Notes: a model not told the origin generated them from the sequence alone. Numbered from the stretch's first letter, positions 35,894-49,394 are shown. The stretch is 64,000 bases of DNA from Mobula hypostoma (GCF_963921235.1 NC_086097.1:173974001-174038000), one strand, 5' to 3'. Translations and numbers: made by a program.

Positions 35894-38800
35894 CTAAAAG
35901 GAAAAACAAAACAAAATTAGAAAAATATGTTCAAAGTAAAAATTGATCAAGCACAGTGCCCATGTATAAATTCCTCTGCTATTTCTAAACCATATATATT
36001 ATTCTGGAAACCATTTCACAATCTTGCTTCCTTCAGTTTCAATCAGTGTACTGTCCTTAAAGTGCTGTGTTGTGATACTTAATGGGACAAGTGTTTGTTA
36101 CAGATCTGTTGTTTCATTTAATGGAGTGAGATAACACTGAGCATAAATTGACAACAATCATCTTACTGATGAATGATATTACATGAAATAGCAAAACAAT
36201 TAGAATACAGGCAAAACAAGACATGGTGAGTAGAAAGTTATATAGTACATAGGAATGTATTAGAAACATTGCAGGCATAAACTCCTAAGGTGCATCTGGT
36301 TAATGTCGTTGGTAATTTAGGATTCCAAGTTTGACAGGTTACAATGCTAAACAAGTGAAATTTCAAAACAAGTCTGCCCTTTATTTATCATTAGATCTTT
36401 TGATGCCAGGATAGATTTGTTACAATTTTTTTTTAATGCTGATTTTTATAGAGTTCCAATAGACAGTGGTAAAGAGTTGAGTGCAGGATCATATATGTAC
36501 TTTCCTGCATTTTGAATTTTCCACTTTGCTATTGTGGATGAAAAGTGGGGAAAAAAGCAGCTGGATTACTCCATGTATTGAGAAAAGGAAATCAAAATAA
36601 TTATAATCCAGAAACAAGGTCTTGTATTTCTGAAGCTGCATCAGCAGAAACTGTGGGAAAGTGTTTTCAGTCCAGCACTGAGAACAAAGAAGTTAGGATG
36701 AGAATTATTTGAGGTCTTCAAAATCATGATAGAGTAAAAGAAAAAAAACACAAAGATGGTCAAAGACCTGAGGACACAGACATGGTAATTGACTGAAAAA
36801 AACAGATGAGCCCCAAATAATCAGTTAAGACGGGAAATTTACTGCCTGAAGGAAGTTAAGTGCTAGCCTTTTCAAAATACAATTAAATAACTAATCAAAT
36901 TGGGAAAAGAAAATGCTCTGTTTTGGCGAAAGAGCAAGGGGATGGGTCAAGAGCAGAAATGGAACAAATAATTCTCATTCAGAAATAGAGTCATAGAAAA
37001 GTCCAGCATAGAAACAGGCCCTTTGGCCCATCTAGTACATAACAAACCATATGAACAGCCTACTCCCATTGACCAATTTTTTCAAAAACTTTAATTACAT
37101 AGGTATAGGTTTTTACTTATTGCCGTTAGTCATTCTGTAATTAATATTTGGTCTGAGCATGAGAATCTGCCTATAAATAACACTTGTCTCAAAGCAACCA
37201 AAGTCAGAATGTTTGCAAAGAGAAGAACAATCAGATATGATACAGAAATGCATGTTGCACTGACCTAACTTGAGAACTTTGCATTTCCCCATTCCTCCTC
37301 TGAACATAATGACTATACTTGAAGTACGTATATTCCCAAACTGATCTTAACTGTCTGACTCTCCTGTACATCCTCCTCTATTGTGTTATTGCTGCCAGAA
37401 CGACTGAGGAGCTATGTTTAGTTAGTTAATGTAGTCTATTGGATACTCAATGTTTCTCAGTCAACTCAAATTTTTTTAAAAATGGATAACTGCAAAGAAC
37501 AAAGAATTGGTCATTTTAATCTTTTTATTATTTATTCATTTTTTGAAAAGTGGACATCAGTGACATGGCCAGCATTTATTGCTCATCCCTCAATGTAGGA
37601 TTTAAGTTCAGTTGTTTCTCCATGCCACTGGGTGTCTCGTCCAGGAACAAACACTGCACCACCATTGTATCAAATGAATGAGAAAATGTACTGTTCTATA
37701 TTCTATAAATGAAGGATATGGACATTGTGTAGGCAGAAGGGATTAGTTTAGCTTGCTAGTTGATTCCTAATTTAATTGATACAGCACAACATTGTGGGCC
37801 AAAGAGCCTGTTGCTGTGCTGTACTGTTCTACATTCTTAAAATTGAAGGACAATTAAAGAACTATTTACATAGAACATAGAATAGTACAGCACAGTACAG
37901 CCCCTTCGGCCCACATTGTTGTGTCGACCCTCAAACCCTGCCTCCCATATAATCCCCCACCTTCAATTCCTCCATATACCTGCCTAGTAGTCTCTTAAAT
38001 TTCACTAGTGTATCTGCCTCCACCACTGACTCAGGCAGTGTATTCCACACACCAACCACTCTCTGAGTTAAAAACCTTCCTCTAATATCCCTTTTGAACT
38101 TCCCACTCCTTACCTTAGAGCCATGTCCCCCTGTATTGAGCAGTGGTGCCCTGGGGAAGAGGCGCTGGCTATCCACTCTATCTATTCTTCTTAATATCTT
38201 GTATACCCCTATCATGTCCCCTCTCATCCTCCTCTCCAAAGAGTAAAGCCCGAGCTCCCGTAATCTCTGATCATAATCCATACTCTCTAAACCAGGCAGC
38301 ATCCTGGTAAATCTCCTCTGTACCCTTTCCAATCCTTCCACATCCTTCCTATAGTGAGGTAACCAGAACTGGACACAGTACTCCGAGTGTGGCCTAACCA
38401 GAGTTTTATAGAGCTGCATCATTACCTTGCGACTCTTAAACTCTATCCCTCAACTTATGAAAGCTAACACCCCGTAAGCTTTCTTAACTACCCTATCTAC
38501 CTGTGAGGCAACTTTCAGGGATCTGTGGACATGTACCCCCAGATCCCTCTGCTCCTCCACACTACCAAGTATCCTGCCATTTACTTTGTACTCTGCCTTG
38601 GAGTTTGTCCTTCCAAAGTGTACCACCTCACACTTCTCCAGGTTGAACTCCATCTGCCACTTCTCAGCCCACTTCTGCAACCTATCAATGTCCCTCTGCA
38701 ATCTTCGACAATCCTCTACACTATTTACAACACCACCAACCTTCTACCCCCACATCCAGGTCATTAATAAAAATCACAAAAAGTAGAGGTCCCAGAACCA

Positions 38801-39578
38801 ATCCTTATGGGACACCACGAGTCACAGCCCTCCAATTCAAATGTACTCCCTCCACCATGATCCTCTGCCTTCTGCAGGCAAGCCAATTCTGAATCCACCT
38901 GGCCAAACTTCTCTGGATCCCATGCCTTCTGACTTTCTGAATAAGCCTATTGTGTGGAACCTTGTCAATTGCCTTACTAAAATCCATATAGATCACATCC
39001 ACTGCACTACCCTCATCTATATGCCTGGTCACCTCTTCAAAGAACTCTATCAGGCTTGTTAGACATGATCTGCCCTTCACAAAGCCATGCTGACTATTCC
39101 TGATCAGACCATGATTCTCTAAATGCCCATAGATCCTAACTCTATGAATCTTTTCCAACAGCTTTCCCACCACAGACGTAAGGCTCACCGGTCTATAATT
39201 ACCCGGACTATCCCTACTATCTTTTTTGAACAAGGGAACAACATTCGCCTCCCTCCAGTCCTCCGGTACCATTCCCGTGGACAACGAGGACATAAAGATC
39301 CTAGCCAGAGGCTCAGCAATTTCTTCCCTCGCCTCATGGAGCAGGCTGGGGAATATTCCGTCTGGCCCCGGGGACTTATCCATCCTAATGTATTTTAATA
39401 ACTTCAGCACCTCCTCTCTCTTAATGTCAACATGCTCCAGAACATCAACCTCACTCAAATTGTCCTCACCATCACCAAGTTCCCTCTCATTGGTGAATAC
39501 TGAAGAGAAGTATTCATTGAGGACCTCGCTCACTTCCACAGCCTCCAGGCACATCTTCCCACCTTTATCTCTAATCGG

Positions 39579-42500
39579 TTACCATAGAAACTACAGCACA
39601 GAAACAGGCCCTTTGGCCCTTCTTGGCTGTGCCGAACCATTTTCTGCCTAGTCCCACTGACCTGCACACGGACCATATCCCTCCATACACCTCCCATCCA
39701 TGTACCTGTCCAATTTATTCTTAAATGTTAAAAAAGAACCCGCATTTACCACCTCATCTGGCAGCTCATTCCATACTCCCACCACTCTCTGTGTCAAGAA
39801 GCCCCCTCTAATGTTCCCTTTAAACTTTTCCCCCCTCATCCTTAACCCATGTCCTCTGGTTTTTTTCTCCCCTTGCCTCAGTGGAAAAAGCCTGCTTGCA
39901 TTCACTCTATCTATACCCATCATAATTTTATATACCTCTATCAAATCTCCCCTCATTCTTCTACGCTCCAGGGAATAAAATCCTAACCTATTCAACCTTT
40001 CTCTGTAACTGAGTTTCTCAAGTCCCGGCAACATCCTTGTAAACCTTCTCTGCAGTCTTTCAACCTTATTTATATCCTTCCTGTAATTTGGTGACCAAAA
40101 CTGAACACAATATTCCAGATTCGGCCTCACCAATGCCTTATACAGCCTCATCATAACATTCCAGCTCTTATACTCAATACTTCGATTAATAAAGGCCAAT
40201 GTACCAAAAGCTCTCGTTACGACCCTATCTACCTGTGATGCCACTTTTAGGGAATTTTGTATCTGTATTCCCAGATCCCTCTGTTCCACTGCACTCCTCA
40301 GTGCCTTACCATTAACCCTATATGTTCTACGTTGGTTTGTCCTTCCAACGTGCAATACCTCACACTTGTCAGTATTAAACTCCATCTGCCATTTTTCCAG
40401 CTGGTCCAAGTCCCTCTGCAGGCTCTGAAAACCTTCCTCACTGTCTACTACACCTCCAATCTTTGTATCATCAGCAAACTTGCTGATCCAATTTACCACA
40501 TTATCATCCAGATCATTGATATAGATGACAAATAACAATGGACCCAGCACTGATCCCTGTGGTACACCACTAGTCACAGGCCTCCACTCAGAGAAGCAAT
40601 TCTCTACCACCACTCTCTGGCTTCTTCCATCGAGCCAATGTCTAATCCAATTTACCACCTCTCCATGTATACCTAGCGACTGAATTTTCCTAACTAACCT
40701 CCCATGCGGGACCTTGTCAAAGGCCTTACTGAAGTCCATGTAGACAATATCCACTGCCTTCCCTTCATCCACTTTCCTGGTAATCTCCTCGAAAAACTCC
40801 AACAGATTGGTCAAACATGACCTACCACGCACAAAGCCATGTTGACTCTCCCTAATAAGCCCCTGTCTATCCAAATGCTTGTAGATTCTGTCTCTTAGTA
40901 CTCCCTCCAATAACTTACCTACTACTGACGTTAAACTCACCGGCCTATAATTTCCCGGATTACTTTTTGATCCCTTTTTAAACAACGGAACAACATGAGC
41001 CACTCTCCAATCCTCCGGCACTTCACCCGTAGACAGCGACATTTTAAATATTTCTGCCAGGGCCCCCGCAATTTCAACACTAGTCTCCTTCAAGGTCCGA
41101 GGGAACACTCTGTCAGGTCCCGGGGATTTATCCACTTTAATTTTCCTCAAGACAGCAAGCACCTCCTCCTTTTCAATCTGTACAGTTTCCATGGTCTCAC
41201 TACTTGATTCCCTCAATTCCATAGATTTCATGCCAGCTTCCTTAGTAAATACAGACGCAAAAAACCTATTTAAGATCTCCCCCATTTCCTTTGGTTCCAC
41301 ACAAAGCCGACCACTCTGATCTCCAAGAGGACCAATTTTATCCCTTACAATCCTTTTGCTCTTAATATACTTGTAAAAGCTCTTTGGATTCTCCTTCACT
41401 TTGACTGCCAAGGCAACCTCATGTCTTCTTTTAGCCCTCCTGATTTCTTTCTTAAGTATTTTCTTGCACTTCTTATACTCCTCAAGCACCTGATTTACCC
41501 CCTGTTTCCTATACATTTCATACAACTCCCTCTTCTTCTTTATCAGAGTTGCAATATCCCTTGAGAACCAAGGTTCCTTATTCCTATTCAATTTGCCTTT
41601 AATCCTGACAGGAACATACAAACTCTGCACTCTCAAAATTTCCCCTTTGAAGGCTTCCCACCTACCAATCACATCTTTGGCAGAGAACAACCTGTCCCAA
41701 TCCACGCTTTTTAGATCCTTTCTCATTTCTTCAAATTTGGCCTTCTTCCAGTTCAGAACCTCAACCCTGGGACCAGATCTATCCTTGTCCATGATCAAAT
41801 TGAAATTAATGGTGTTATGATCACTGGAACCAAAGTGCTCCCCTACACAGACTTCCGTCACTTGCCCTAATTCGTTTCCTAACAGGAGATCCAATATTGC
41901 ATCCCCTCTCGTTGGTCCCTCTATATATTGATTTAGAAAACTTTCCTGAACACATTTTACAAACTCTAAACCATCTAGACCCCTAACAGTATGGGAGTCC
42001 CAATCAATGTATGGAAAATTAAAATCCCCTACCACCACAACTTTATGTTTCCTGCAGTTGCCTGCTATCTCTCTGCAGATTTGCTCTTCCAAGTCTCGTT
42101 GACTATTGGGTGGTCTGTAATACAATCCCACTAATGTGGCCATACCTTTCCTATTTCTCAGCTCCACCCATAAGGACTCAGTAGACAAGCCCTCTAATCT
42201 GTCCTGCCTGAGCACTGCTATAATATTTTCCCTAACAAGCAATGCTACTCCCCCACCTTTCATTCCTCTGCCTCGATCACATCTGAAACATCGGAACCCT
42301 CGGAACCCTGGAATATTAAGCTGCCAGTCCTGCCCCTCCTGTAGCCAAGTTTCACTAATTGCTACAACATCATAATTCCATGTGTCAATCCACGCCCTCA
42401 ACTCATCCGCCTTCCCCGCAATACTCCTAGCATTGAAATATATACACCTCAGAAGATTTTTACCACTACTCACAACCTTTCTATCAGCGGATTTGCTTAA

Positions 42501-42794
42501 ACTTTCAACATCATTTATTTTCACCCCAGCCACACCATCAGCTCTGGCACTCTGGTTCCCATCCCCCTGCAAATCTAGTTAAAAGCCTCCCCAATAGCAC
42601 TAACAAACCTCCCTAAAAGGATATTGGTCCCCCTGTGGTTCAAGTGTAACCCATCTCTCTTGTACAGGTCCCACCTGCCCCAGAAGAGGTCCCAATGATC
42701 CTGAAATCTGAAACCCTGCCCCCTACACCAGTTCCTCAATCACTTGTTCCTCCTCCAGAGCATCCTATTCCTACCCTCACTGGCACCTAGCACA
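39579..42794 (-). mobile_element. Young CR1, 5'-truncated within ORF1, nested in another CR1
   Basis: Outer element reads through across the junction (ctctaatcggt|..|ggttctaccttcactcc); own 3' tail ccatagaaactacag at ~39582. Confidence 0.9.
39648..42572 (-). CDS. CR1 ORF2: APE endonuclease plus reverse transcriptase (974 aa, uninterrupted)
   Basis: EN motifs YFNARS, AISETWL, YYRPP, VVGDFN, SSDHN; RT motifs YRPVSLTS, DFSKAFDKV, GVPQGSVLGP, FADD; CR1 C-terminus. Confidence 0.93.
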   Translation of the reverse strand: MQGDGNQSARADGVAGVKINDVESLSKSADRKVVSSGKNLLRCIYFNARSIAGKADELRAWIDTWNYDVVAISETWLQEGQDWQLNIPGFRGFRCFRCDRGRGMKGGGVALLVRENIIAVLRQDRLEGLSTESLWVELRNRKGMATLVGLYYRPPNSQRDLEEQICREIAGNCRKHKVVVVGDFNFPYIDWDSHTVRGLDGLEFVKCVQESFLNQYIEGPTRGDAILDLLLGNELGQVTEVCVGEHFGSSDHNTINFNLIMDKDRSGPRVEVLNWKKAKFEEMRKDLKSVDWDRLFSAKDVIGRWEAFKGEILRVQSLYVPVRIKGKLNRNKEPWFSRDIATLIKKKRELYEMYRKQGVNQVLEEYKKCKKILKKEIRRAKRRHEVALAVKVKENPKSFYKYIKSKRIVRDKIGPLGDQSGRLCVEPKEMGEILNRFFASVFTKEAGMKSMELRESSSETMETVQIEKEEVLAVLRKIKVDKSPGPDRVFPRTLKETSVEIAGALAEIFKMSLSTGEVPEDWRVAHVVPLFKKGSKSNPGNYRPVSLTSVVGKLLEGVLRDRIYKHLDRQGLIRESQHGFVRGRSCLTNLLEFFEEITRKVDEGKAVDIVYMDFSKAFDKVPHGRLVRKIQSLGIHGEVVNWIRHWLDGRSQRVVVENCFSEWRPVTSGVPQGSVLGPLLFVIYINDLDDNVVNWISKFADDTKIGGVVDSEEGFQSLQRDLDQLEKWQMEFNTDKCEVLHVGRTNQRRTYRVNGKALRSAVEQRDLGIQIQNSLKVASQVDRVVTRAFGTLAFINRSIEYKSWNVMMRLYKALVRPNLEYCVQFWSPNYRKDINKVERLQRRFTRMLPGLEKLSYRERLNRLGFYSLERRRMRGDLIEVYKIMMGIDRVNASRLFPLRQGEKKTRGHGLRMRGEKFKGNIRGGFLTQRVVGVWNELPDEVVNAGSFLTFKNKLDRYMDGRCMEGYGPCAGQWD

Positions 42795-45700
42795 GGTTCT
42801 ACCTTCACTCCTGTCATCCTTTTGGTCTTCACATAATTGAAGAATGCCTTGGGGTTTTCCTTTACCCTATTCGCCAAGGCCTTCTTATGCCCCCTTCTTG
42901 CTCTTCTCAGCCCCTTCTTAAGCTCCTTTCTTGCTACCCTATATTCCTCAATAGACCTATCTGATCCTTGCTTCCTAAACCTCATGTATGCTGCCTTCTT
43001 CCACCTGACTCGATTTTCCGCCTCACTTGTCACCCATGGTTCCTTCACCGTACTATTCTTTATCTTCCTCACTGGGACAAATTTATTCCTCACATCCTGC
43101 AAGAGATCTCTAAACATCGACCACATATCCATAGTACATTTCCCTGCAAAAACATCATCCCAATTCACACCCGCAAGTTCTAGCCTTATAGCCTCATAAT
43201 TTGCCCTTCCCCAATTAAAAATTTTCCTGTCCTCTCTGATTCTATCCTTTTCCATGATAATGCTAAAGGCCAGGGAGTAGTGGTCACTGTCCCCCAGATG
43301 CTCACCCACTGAGAGATCTTTGATCTGACCCGGTTCATTACCTAATACTAGATCTAGTACTGCTCCATTCCTGTTCCTGACTTCCACCCATATTGACTCA
43401 AAAGAGGATCCTGCTTCATTACCCACCCTTTCTGTAGCTGTAATAGTATCCCTGACCAGTAATGCCACCCCTCCTCCCCCCTTTTCCTCCCTCTCTATCC
43501 CTTTCAAAGCACTGAAATCCAAGAATATTGAGAATCCATTCCTGCCCTGGTGCCAGACAAGTCTCTGTAATGGCCACTACATCATAATTCCATGTATGTA
43601 TCCAAGCTCTCAGTTCATCACCTTTGTTCCTGATGCTTCTTGCATTGAAGTACTTGCACTTTAGCCCTTCTACCTTCCTACCTTTACACCCTTTATTCTG
43701 CTTCTCTTTCCTCAAAGCCTCTCTATATGTTAGATTTGGCTTTAGTCCATGCACTTCTTTCACTGCTCTATTGCTCTGGGTCCCATCCCCCTTGCAAATT
43801 AGTTTATACCCTCCCGAACTATGCTAGCAAACCTACCTGCAAGGATATTGTCCCCCTCGAGTTCAGGTGCAACCCATCCAATCTGTACAGGTCCCACCTT
43901 CCCCAGAAGAGATCCCAATGATCCAAAAATCTAAAACCCTGCCCACTGCACCAACTCCTCAGCCACGTATTCAACTGCCATCTCTTCCAATTCTTACCAT
44001 CACTATCACATAGCACTGGCAACAATCCTGAGGACGCCATCCGTGAGGTCCTGTCTGCCTAGTTCCCGAAACTCACACTTCAAGACCTCATCCCTCTTCC
44101 TGCCTATGTCGTTGGTGCCATCATGTATCACGACTTCTGGTTGCTTTCCCTCTTGTACCAGGATGTCATGCACCCAGTCAGAGACATCCCGGACCCTGGC
44201 ACCCAGAAGGCAACAAACCATGTGGGTGTCCTTCTCACGTCCTTAAAATCTCCTGTCTGCTCCCCTGACTATAGAGTCTCCAATGATGACAGCTCTCCTC
44301 TTCTCCGTCCCACCCTTCTGCACCACGGGGTCAAACTCAGTGCCAGAGGCCCTGCCACCATGGCTCACACCCGGTCGGTCGTCCCCGCCAACAGTATCCA
44401 GGACGGTAAACTTATTATACAGGGGAATGGCTACAGGGGTGCTCTGCACTACCTGTCTGCTCACCTTCGCTTTCCCCCCTCTGACTGTCACCCAATGACC
44501 TGCTTCCAACAGCCTAGGTGTGACTACCTCCCTGTAGCTCTCATCTATGATTGCCTCATTCTCCCTTATGAGTTGACGGTCATCCAGCTGCTGCTCCAGA
44601 TTCCTTACAGGGTCTTCCAGATTGCCCAGCCGCATGCACTTCTGGCAGATGTGACTCTGCGGGAGAGGGGAGATCCCCCAAGACTGCCACATCTCACAGG
44701 AGAGGCACCTCACTGTCTCAGGAGGTATTGTAAAGACTAACTGGGAACAAACTTGTCCTCCGCCTCTTCTCGTCGAAGCCTCTGGAGTCAAAACCTCAAA
44801 GCTCCACTCCTTCACTGGCCCACTCACTCACTGGCCGCTCCGCTTGAGCTACCTCTCTATTTATTTGTTTGAGCTGTTCAAACTGCTTGGTCACCTGACC
44901 TCGATTGCCCAATCAGCTGCTTTGTACTGAGTCTGAGCTATTCAAATTTTGATTGTCTAATCAACAGCTTTCTGCTTAGCTAGTCAAATCTTGATTGACT
45001 TGATTGCACAGTCCAACTGCCAGAATCTCTTGAGAAAAAGCCTCAAAGCTCCACTCCTTCACTGGCCCACTGAACTCACTGGCTGCTTTCCACATTTAGT
45101 GACACATTATGATGGAGTGAAGGTTTCAAATAATTTGTGATGAACAGAAAGTGCCTGAGAAATACAAGTTATAGAGAATCCTAAAAATTTCAAATCCTTG
45201 GACAAAATATTTACTGCTATTATTTATAATTTTAAAATATTATCTGTATAAGGTAAAAGAGATGAGTGAGTCCTCTTTCAACTGTTCTGCCAAATTAATT
45301 AATAGACATTCTAGGTCAAAATAATCTCATTTATACACTAAGATTCACTGATATGTGGTCTCAAAAGACCAACGTATGCACCTTAGATGGAGGATCCGTA
45401 CAGCACCTTTTAAAAGTAATAAGATTAGGTAATATCCAAGAATCATTGTTAAAGCTATAAGTTTGTAAATAGTATGCTGAATTGGACTTCAACATATTTA
45501 CTTCTCTTGCACAAAGCTAGTATGTTATCACTTAATTGAATGTAAACAAGAATGAAGATTTTAAAGTTGAGGTGTTGCTTAACCAAAATGCAATTTTAAC
45601 CTTATTTCACCAAAGCTTAGCCAAGTCAGAGAACAGGGGTAGCAGATAGATAGATGGGGCTTGGTGTTGGTTTGAACATTGCAACAGAGTTTTGAAAAAT

Positions 45701-46169
45701 CTCAACTTGATAAAGATGAAATAATGGAAAGCTTGCCAAACCACCGTATTAGAGCAGGTGAAGATGGGGAAAGTATTAGCAACAGTCACCTTCTGAGGAA
45801 AAACATAGATTTTTAATTTTATCCTGAGAAAATGCATTGTGTCAACTTTGTGCCAATTCTGGAACTTAATGTTAATTTCTATGAAGTTGTGTCCAGTTAA
45901 TCATGGGTTCTAAGGATTATGTTTATTTTCCCCATGAGTTACAACTACAGTACTTCATGAATGTCTAGAAGAAATTGTCACCAAGTATATTGTATGATTT
46001 AGAAATAAGGAAAATGTTTATCTTTGATATGATTGAATTGCTTTTATTATTTGGTAAAAAGTTGTAATCAGTGGATGTGTGAATGAATAATCAAGCATGT
46101 GCTTGGCTCTGCATGGTTTAATATAATTTAAACAAGTCCATTTTAATGTATTTCATACAATAATAACAA

Positions 46170-46700
46170 TACAGTAATTTGCTTTTATGTAGGTCTTTAA
46201 ATAGTAAAATGTCCCAAAGTGTTTAACAAATGAGTTATCAAACAAACATTTGCACAGACCCAAATACTAGGTACAGATGACCAATAGTTTGGTCAGAGAA
46301 TGAGTTTTAATGTACGTCAAAGGATTTTTAAAAAGTCCAAAAAGTTTAGGGAAAGAATTCCAGAGTTTAGGACAATGCCCCTTGTGATGGAATAGATAAA
46401 AACAGAAATCAAGTGGACAGAATTATAGCACAAATACTGTATCTTGAATCGTTGCATAGTGAAAGACATTGTGAAAATTGAGATGGTGGGGGTTTTGTAA
46501 ATGAGGATGAGAATTTTCAAGTTGAGTGTTGCTTAACTAGAAAATTATTCTGATATGAAAGCACGGGGCTGATTGGTGAACAGGATGGCACAAATTAGGA
46601 CAGCAACAGAGTTTGAGATTTTCTAAAATTGATGTAGGTTAAATAATAGGAAACTGGACAACTGAGGATAGGAAATGTGGGCAACAACCACTAGCTGAAA
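46170..46700 (-). mobile_element. Old L2-like LINE 3' remnant
   Basis: aatttgcttttatgtaggtctttaaatagtaaaatgtcccaaagtg resembles L2/Deu-SINE tails; a related piece (aagaatgaagattttaaagttgaggtgttgcttaac) occurs at ~45545-45585. Confidence 0.45.
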
Positions 46701-47274
46701 GCAAACATATAACATTTTGACTTTATCCCACAGAACTGCATTGTGTTTTCCTCTCTTTGTTTTGTTAATGTGCTAACTCTGATGGCTGTGTGCTCTCCTT
46801 CAAGACTGTTTCCCCTTGATTTCTGAAAAGGGTCCTTTCCCACTACCAAATGAGCAATGTCGCTCTGTTTCTTTGAGAGGTTTGGGAAAGCTTGTGGCCC
46901 TAATTGACTACAGTGTATTGCTCCAGAATGTTTCTGACAGGATTTGATAAATTCTTCCTCACAAAGAGTTTGAAGACTCTTTTATACCTGTTTGGCCATG
47001 AAGAATAGATGAATTTGGTACATTATAACTCCATTCTAATTTACAAACATTTGTATATATACAGTACTTTAATTCATTTTTTTCTATATCATGATTGCAT
47101 TGTACTGCTGCCGCTAAGTTAACAAATTTCATAACAGATGCCGGTGATATTAAACCTGATTCTGATTGCTGAAGAAACTATTATCAATCCCAGACCCAAA
47201 GAAAACCTCAATGGCTGGTGATACTAGTTTTTCTCTCTAAATTTATCAGGATGTTCAGAATACTTTTCTACTTT

Positions 47275-48401
47275 TGTCATGGTCCGGTCCATGAAATCCG
47301 CATTCCGGTTCACGGTCCGGTCTATGTTCCTTATTCCAGGTTTTCCGGTTTTCCCCAGTTTCTGTTGAGGCAGCTGATTCTCGTTTTGCCTTCGCTAGGT
47401 AGGTACGGCCGTCTGCCACTGCCTTGTGTTGGGAACCATCTCATTGTATTCTGCATTCTGTGTAATGAGCCCCGGCCCTACATCCTGTTTCCAAGGAGGG
47501 GTCCCAGCTCTGTGTTCCATGTTCCTGTCTCTCCCTTGACCAAGGCTCTGTATTCCTGTCTCTCTCTCGACCAAGGCTCTGCATTCCTGTCTCTACCTCG
47601 ACCAAGTCTAGGCTTCGGGGTCTCATCCAGTCCTAGTCGCGATTCAAGAACCTTGTCCTGTCCAAGCCAAGGCTTTGTGTTCTCGTCGTGTCCATGTGTC
47701 TCGCCCAACCCAGGAGTACATGGTGCTGGGGTTCCCTTGGTCCTGTCCAGGAGTCTCACGTCCACTCCTGTTGCCACTCCTTGTCCTGTAGCCATGTCTT
47801 GTCCTCGCCTAGTTCTGGAGTCCGAGCCTGAGTCAAGTCTCAGGTTCTGGGGCCTTGCCCAGTCTCTGGCTCGGAGTCCATGTCCTTGCCTCGAGGAACC
47901 CAAGCCCCGTCATGTCCTCGCCTCAAGGAACCCAAGCCCCACCATGTCCTCGCCTCGAGGAACCCAAGCCCCACCATGTCCTCGCCTCGAGGAACCCAAG
48001 CCCCGTCATGTCCTTACCTCGAGGAACCTAAGCCCTGTCATGTGCTCGCCTCGAGGAACCCAAGCCCCATCATGTCTTCGGCTCGAGGAACCCAAGCCTC
48101 GTCATATCTTCACCTAGATCCAGGGTCCGAGCCCGAGTTAAGTCCCAGATTTCGGGTCCTTGTCCAGTCTCTGGCTCAGAGTCCAAGCCCAGGCTCCTAG
48201 TTCCAAGTTCCATGTCCTGGTTCCACTATTCTAGTCAAGTCCTGGCCCAGGCCCTGTATCCTTGTCATGTCCAGGGCCTATGTCATGTCCAGCGTCCTTT
48301 CTTCCCCATCTCCCTTGCTTTCTTGACTACCTAGTCCTGTTCCTTGTACTTCAGTGTCTGTGTCTTGCATTTGGGTCCGCTCCCAGCGCCCCCTTATGAC
48401 A
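47275..48401. mobile_element. Solo LTR (1127 bp) with internal 32-bp tandem array
   Basis: TGTCAT...ATGACA termini; perfect 5-bp TSD ACTTT (47270-47274 / 48402-48406); ~7 copies of CATGTCCTCGCCTCGAGGAACCCAAGCCCCGT at 47879-48102. Confidence 0.88.
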
Positions 48402-49394
48402 ACTTTATGTTAAAATCCAAGCATAGTATGTCAATGGACCTTGTTGATTTCTGGTGTTCACCTGAAAGAAAACCTCCTTGATTCACTTACGGAATACAGG
48501 CAAGGCCAGCATTTATTACCCAGTCTTAATTGCTCTCAGGAAGATGCTGATGAGCCTCTTTTCTGAAGTCTGTTTGGTATTCCCACTGTAAAATGGTAGA
48601 TTGATTTTTTATTGTCACTTTGTTTTCCATGCCATCTGTAGGAGCCATGTATTCTGTGTTGTGCATTTATTATATTTATTATGGTAACTAGTCACTTTAG
48701 TGGGGTCATGGTAAAAGCGAAGGGAATAATTTACGTATTAATGCTTAATTTGTAGCAGTTTGTAGTTTGGGGCCAGCGGAGGTGTTACCTTTGCTGACCA
48801 CTGAGATAATGCTTAATTGTATGTTTGCTAATTGCCAATAAAGGATCAAAATAAGGAATTCAACTCTTTGGAACAATCATTTTATTGGAGTTGTGGGTGT
48901 GTCACGCAAGTATGACAACCCCGTGGCAGACATAGGCAGACAGCAATTGTTCTGGTTGACTTTGGATCAGTTTTGCTGCTACACCATCCATATAAATCAT
49001 TTCATCACATCAAAACATCAGTACACGTGTTAGATAAGAAGTTGCAGTATATACATCCAGCAATTGTGATGTACCTCCATGATATGAACATGCGTTAGAG
49101 GTGAAACTACAAGTGCTATTATTACCGTGCACCTACTGTCCTCTTTTAAGTGATTGTTATAACGCAGGCAACCCATGATGTTAGTTGGAAGGACTATTCA
49201 TGTTTTGTTCCAATGACAATGAAATATGGGGAAAGATAACTAAACAGAGGTGACATAAAAGTTAGAGGAGAAATAGGAATTGATTGTGGTGTCATGGTAA
49301 TGGAACAGTTGGTTTGTTGAAAACCCACACTTTTTTCATAAACCTGAGTCAATTTAGTTATTTCCAGTCACCTCAGTCATTATGGGTTTATGAA

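Larger units (their letters stand above)
37868..45090 (-). mobile_element. Near full-length decayed CR1 (5' UTR, ORF1, ORF2), split by a younger CR1 at ~39579-42794
   Basis: ORF1 zinc finger (RCLSCEMW..HICQKC) and SGNH esterase blocks (IIGDSIVRG, GARVRDV, HDGTNDIG, DGLHLN) at 43819-44827; ORF2 pieces 43763-42795 and 39554-37931; tail acatagaacatagaa at 37868. Confidence 0.9.

Noticed and set aside
47218..48200. 299-aa and overlapping ORFs
   Set aside because: Translations of the solo LTR and its 32-bp tandem array; no domain motifs.
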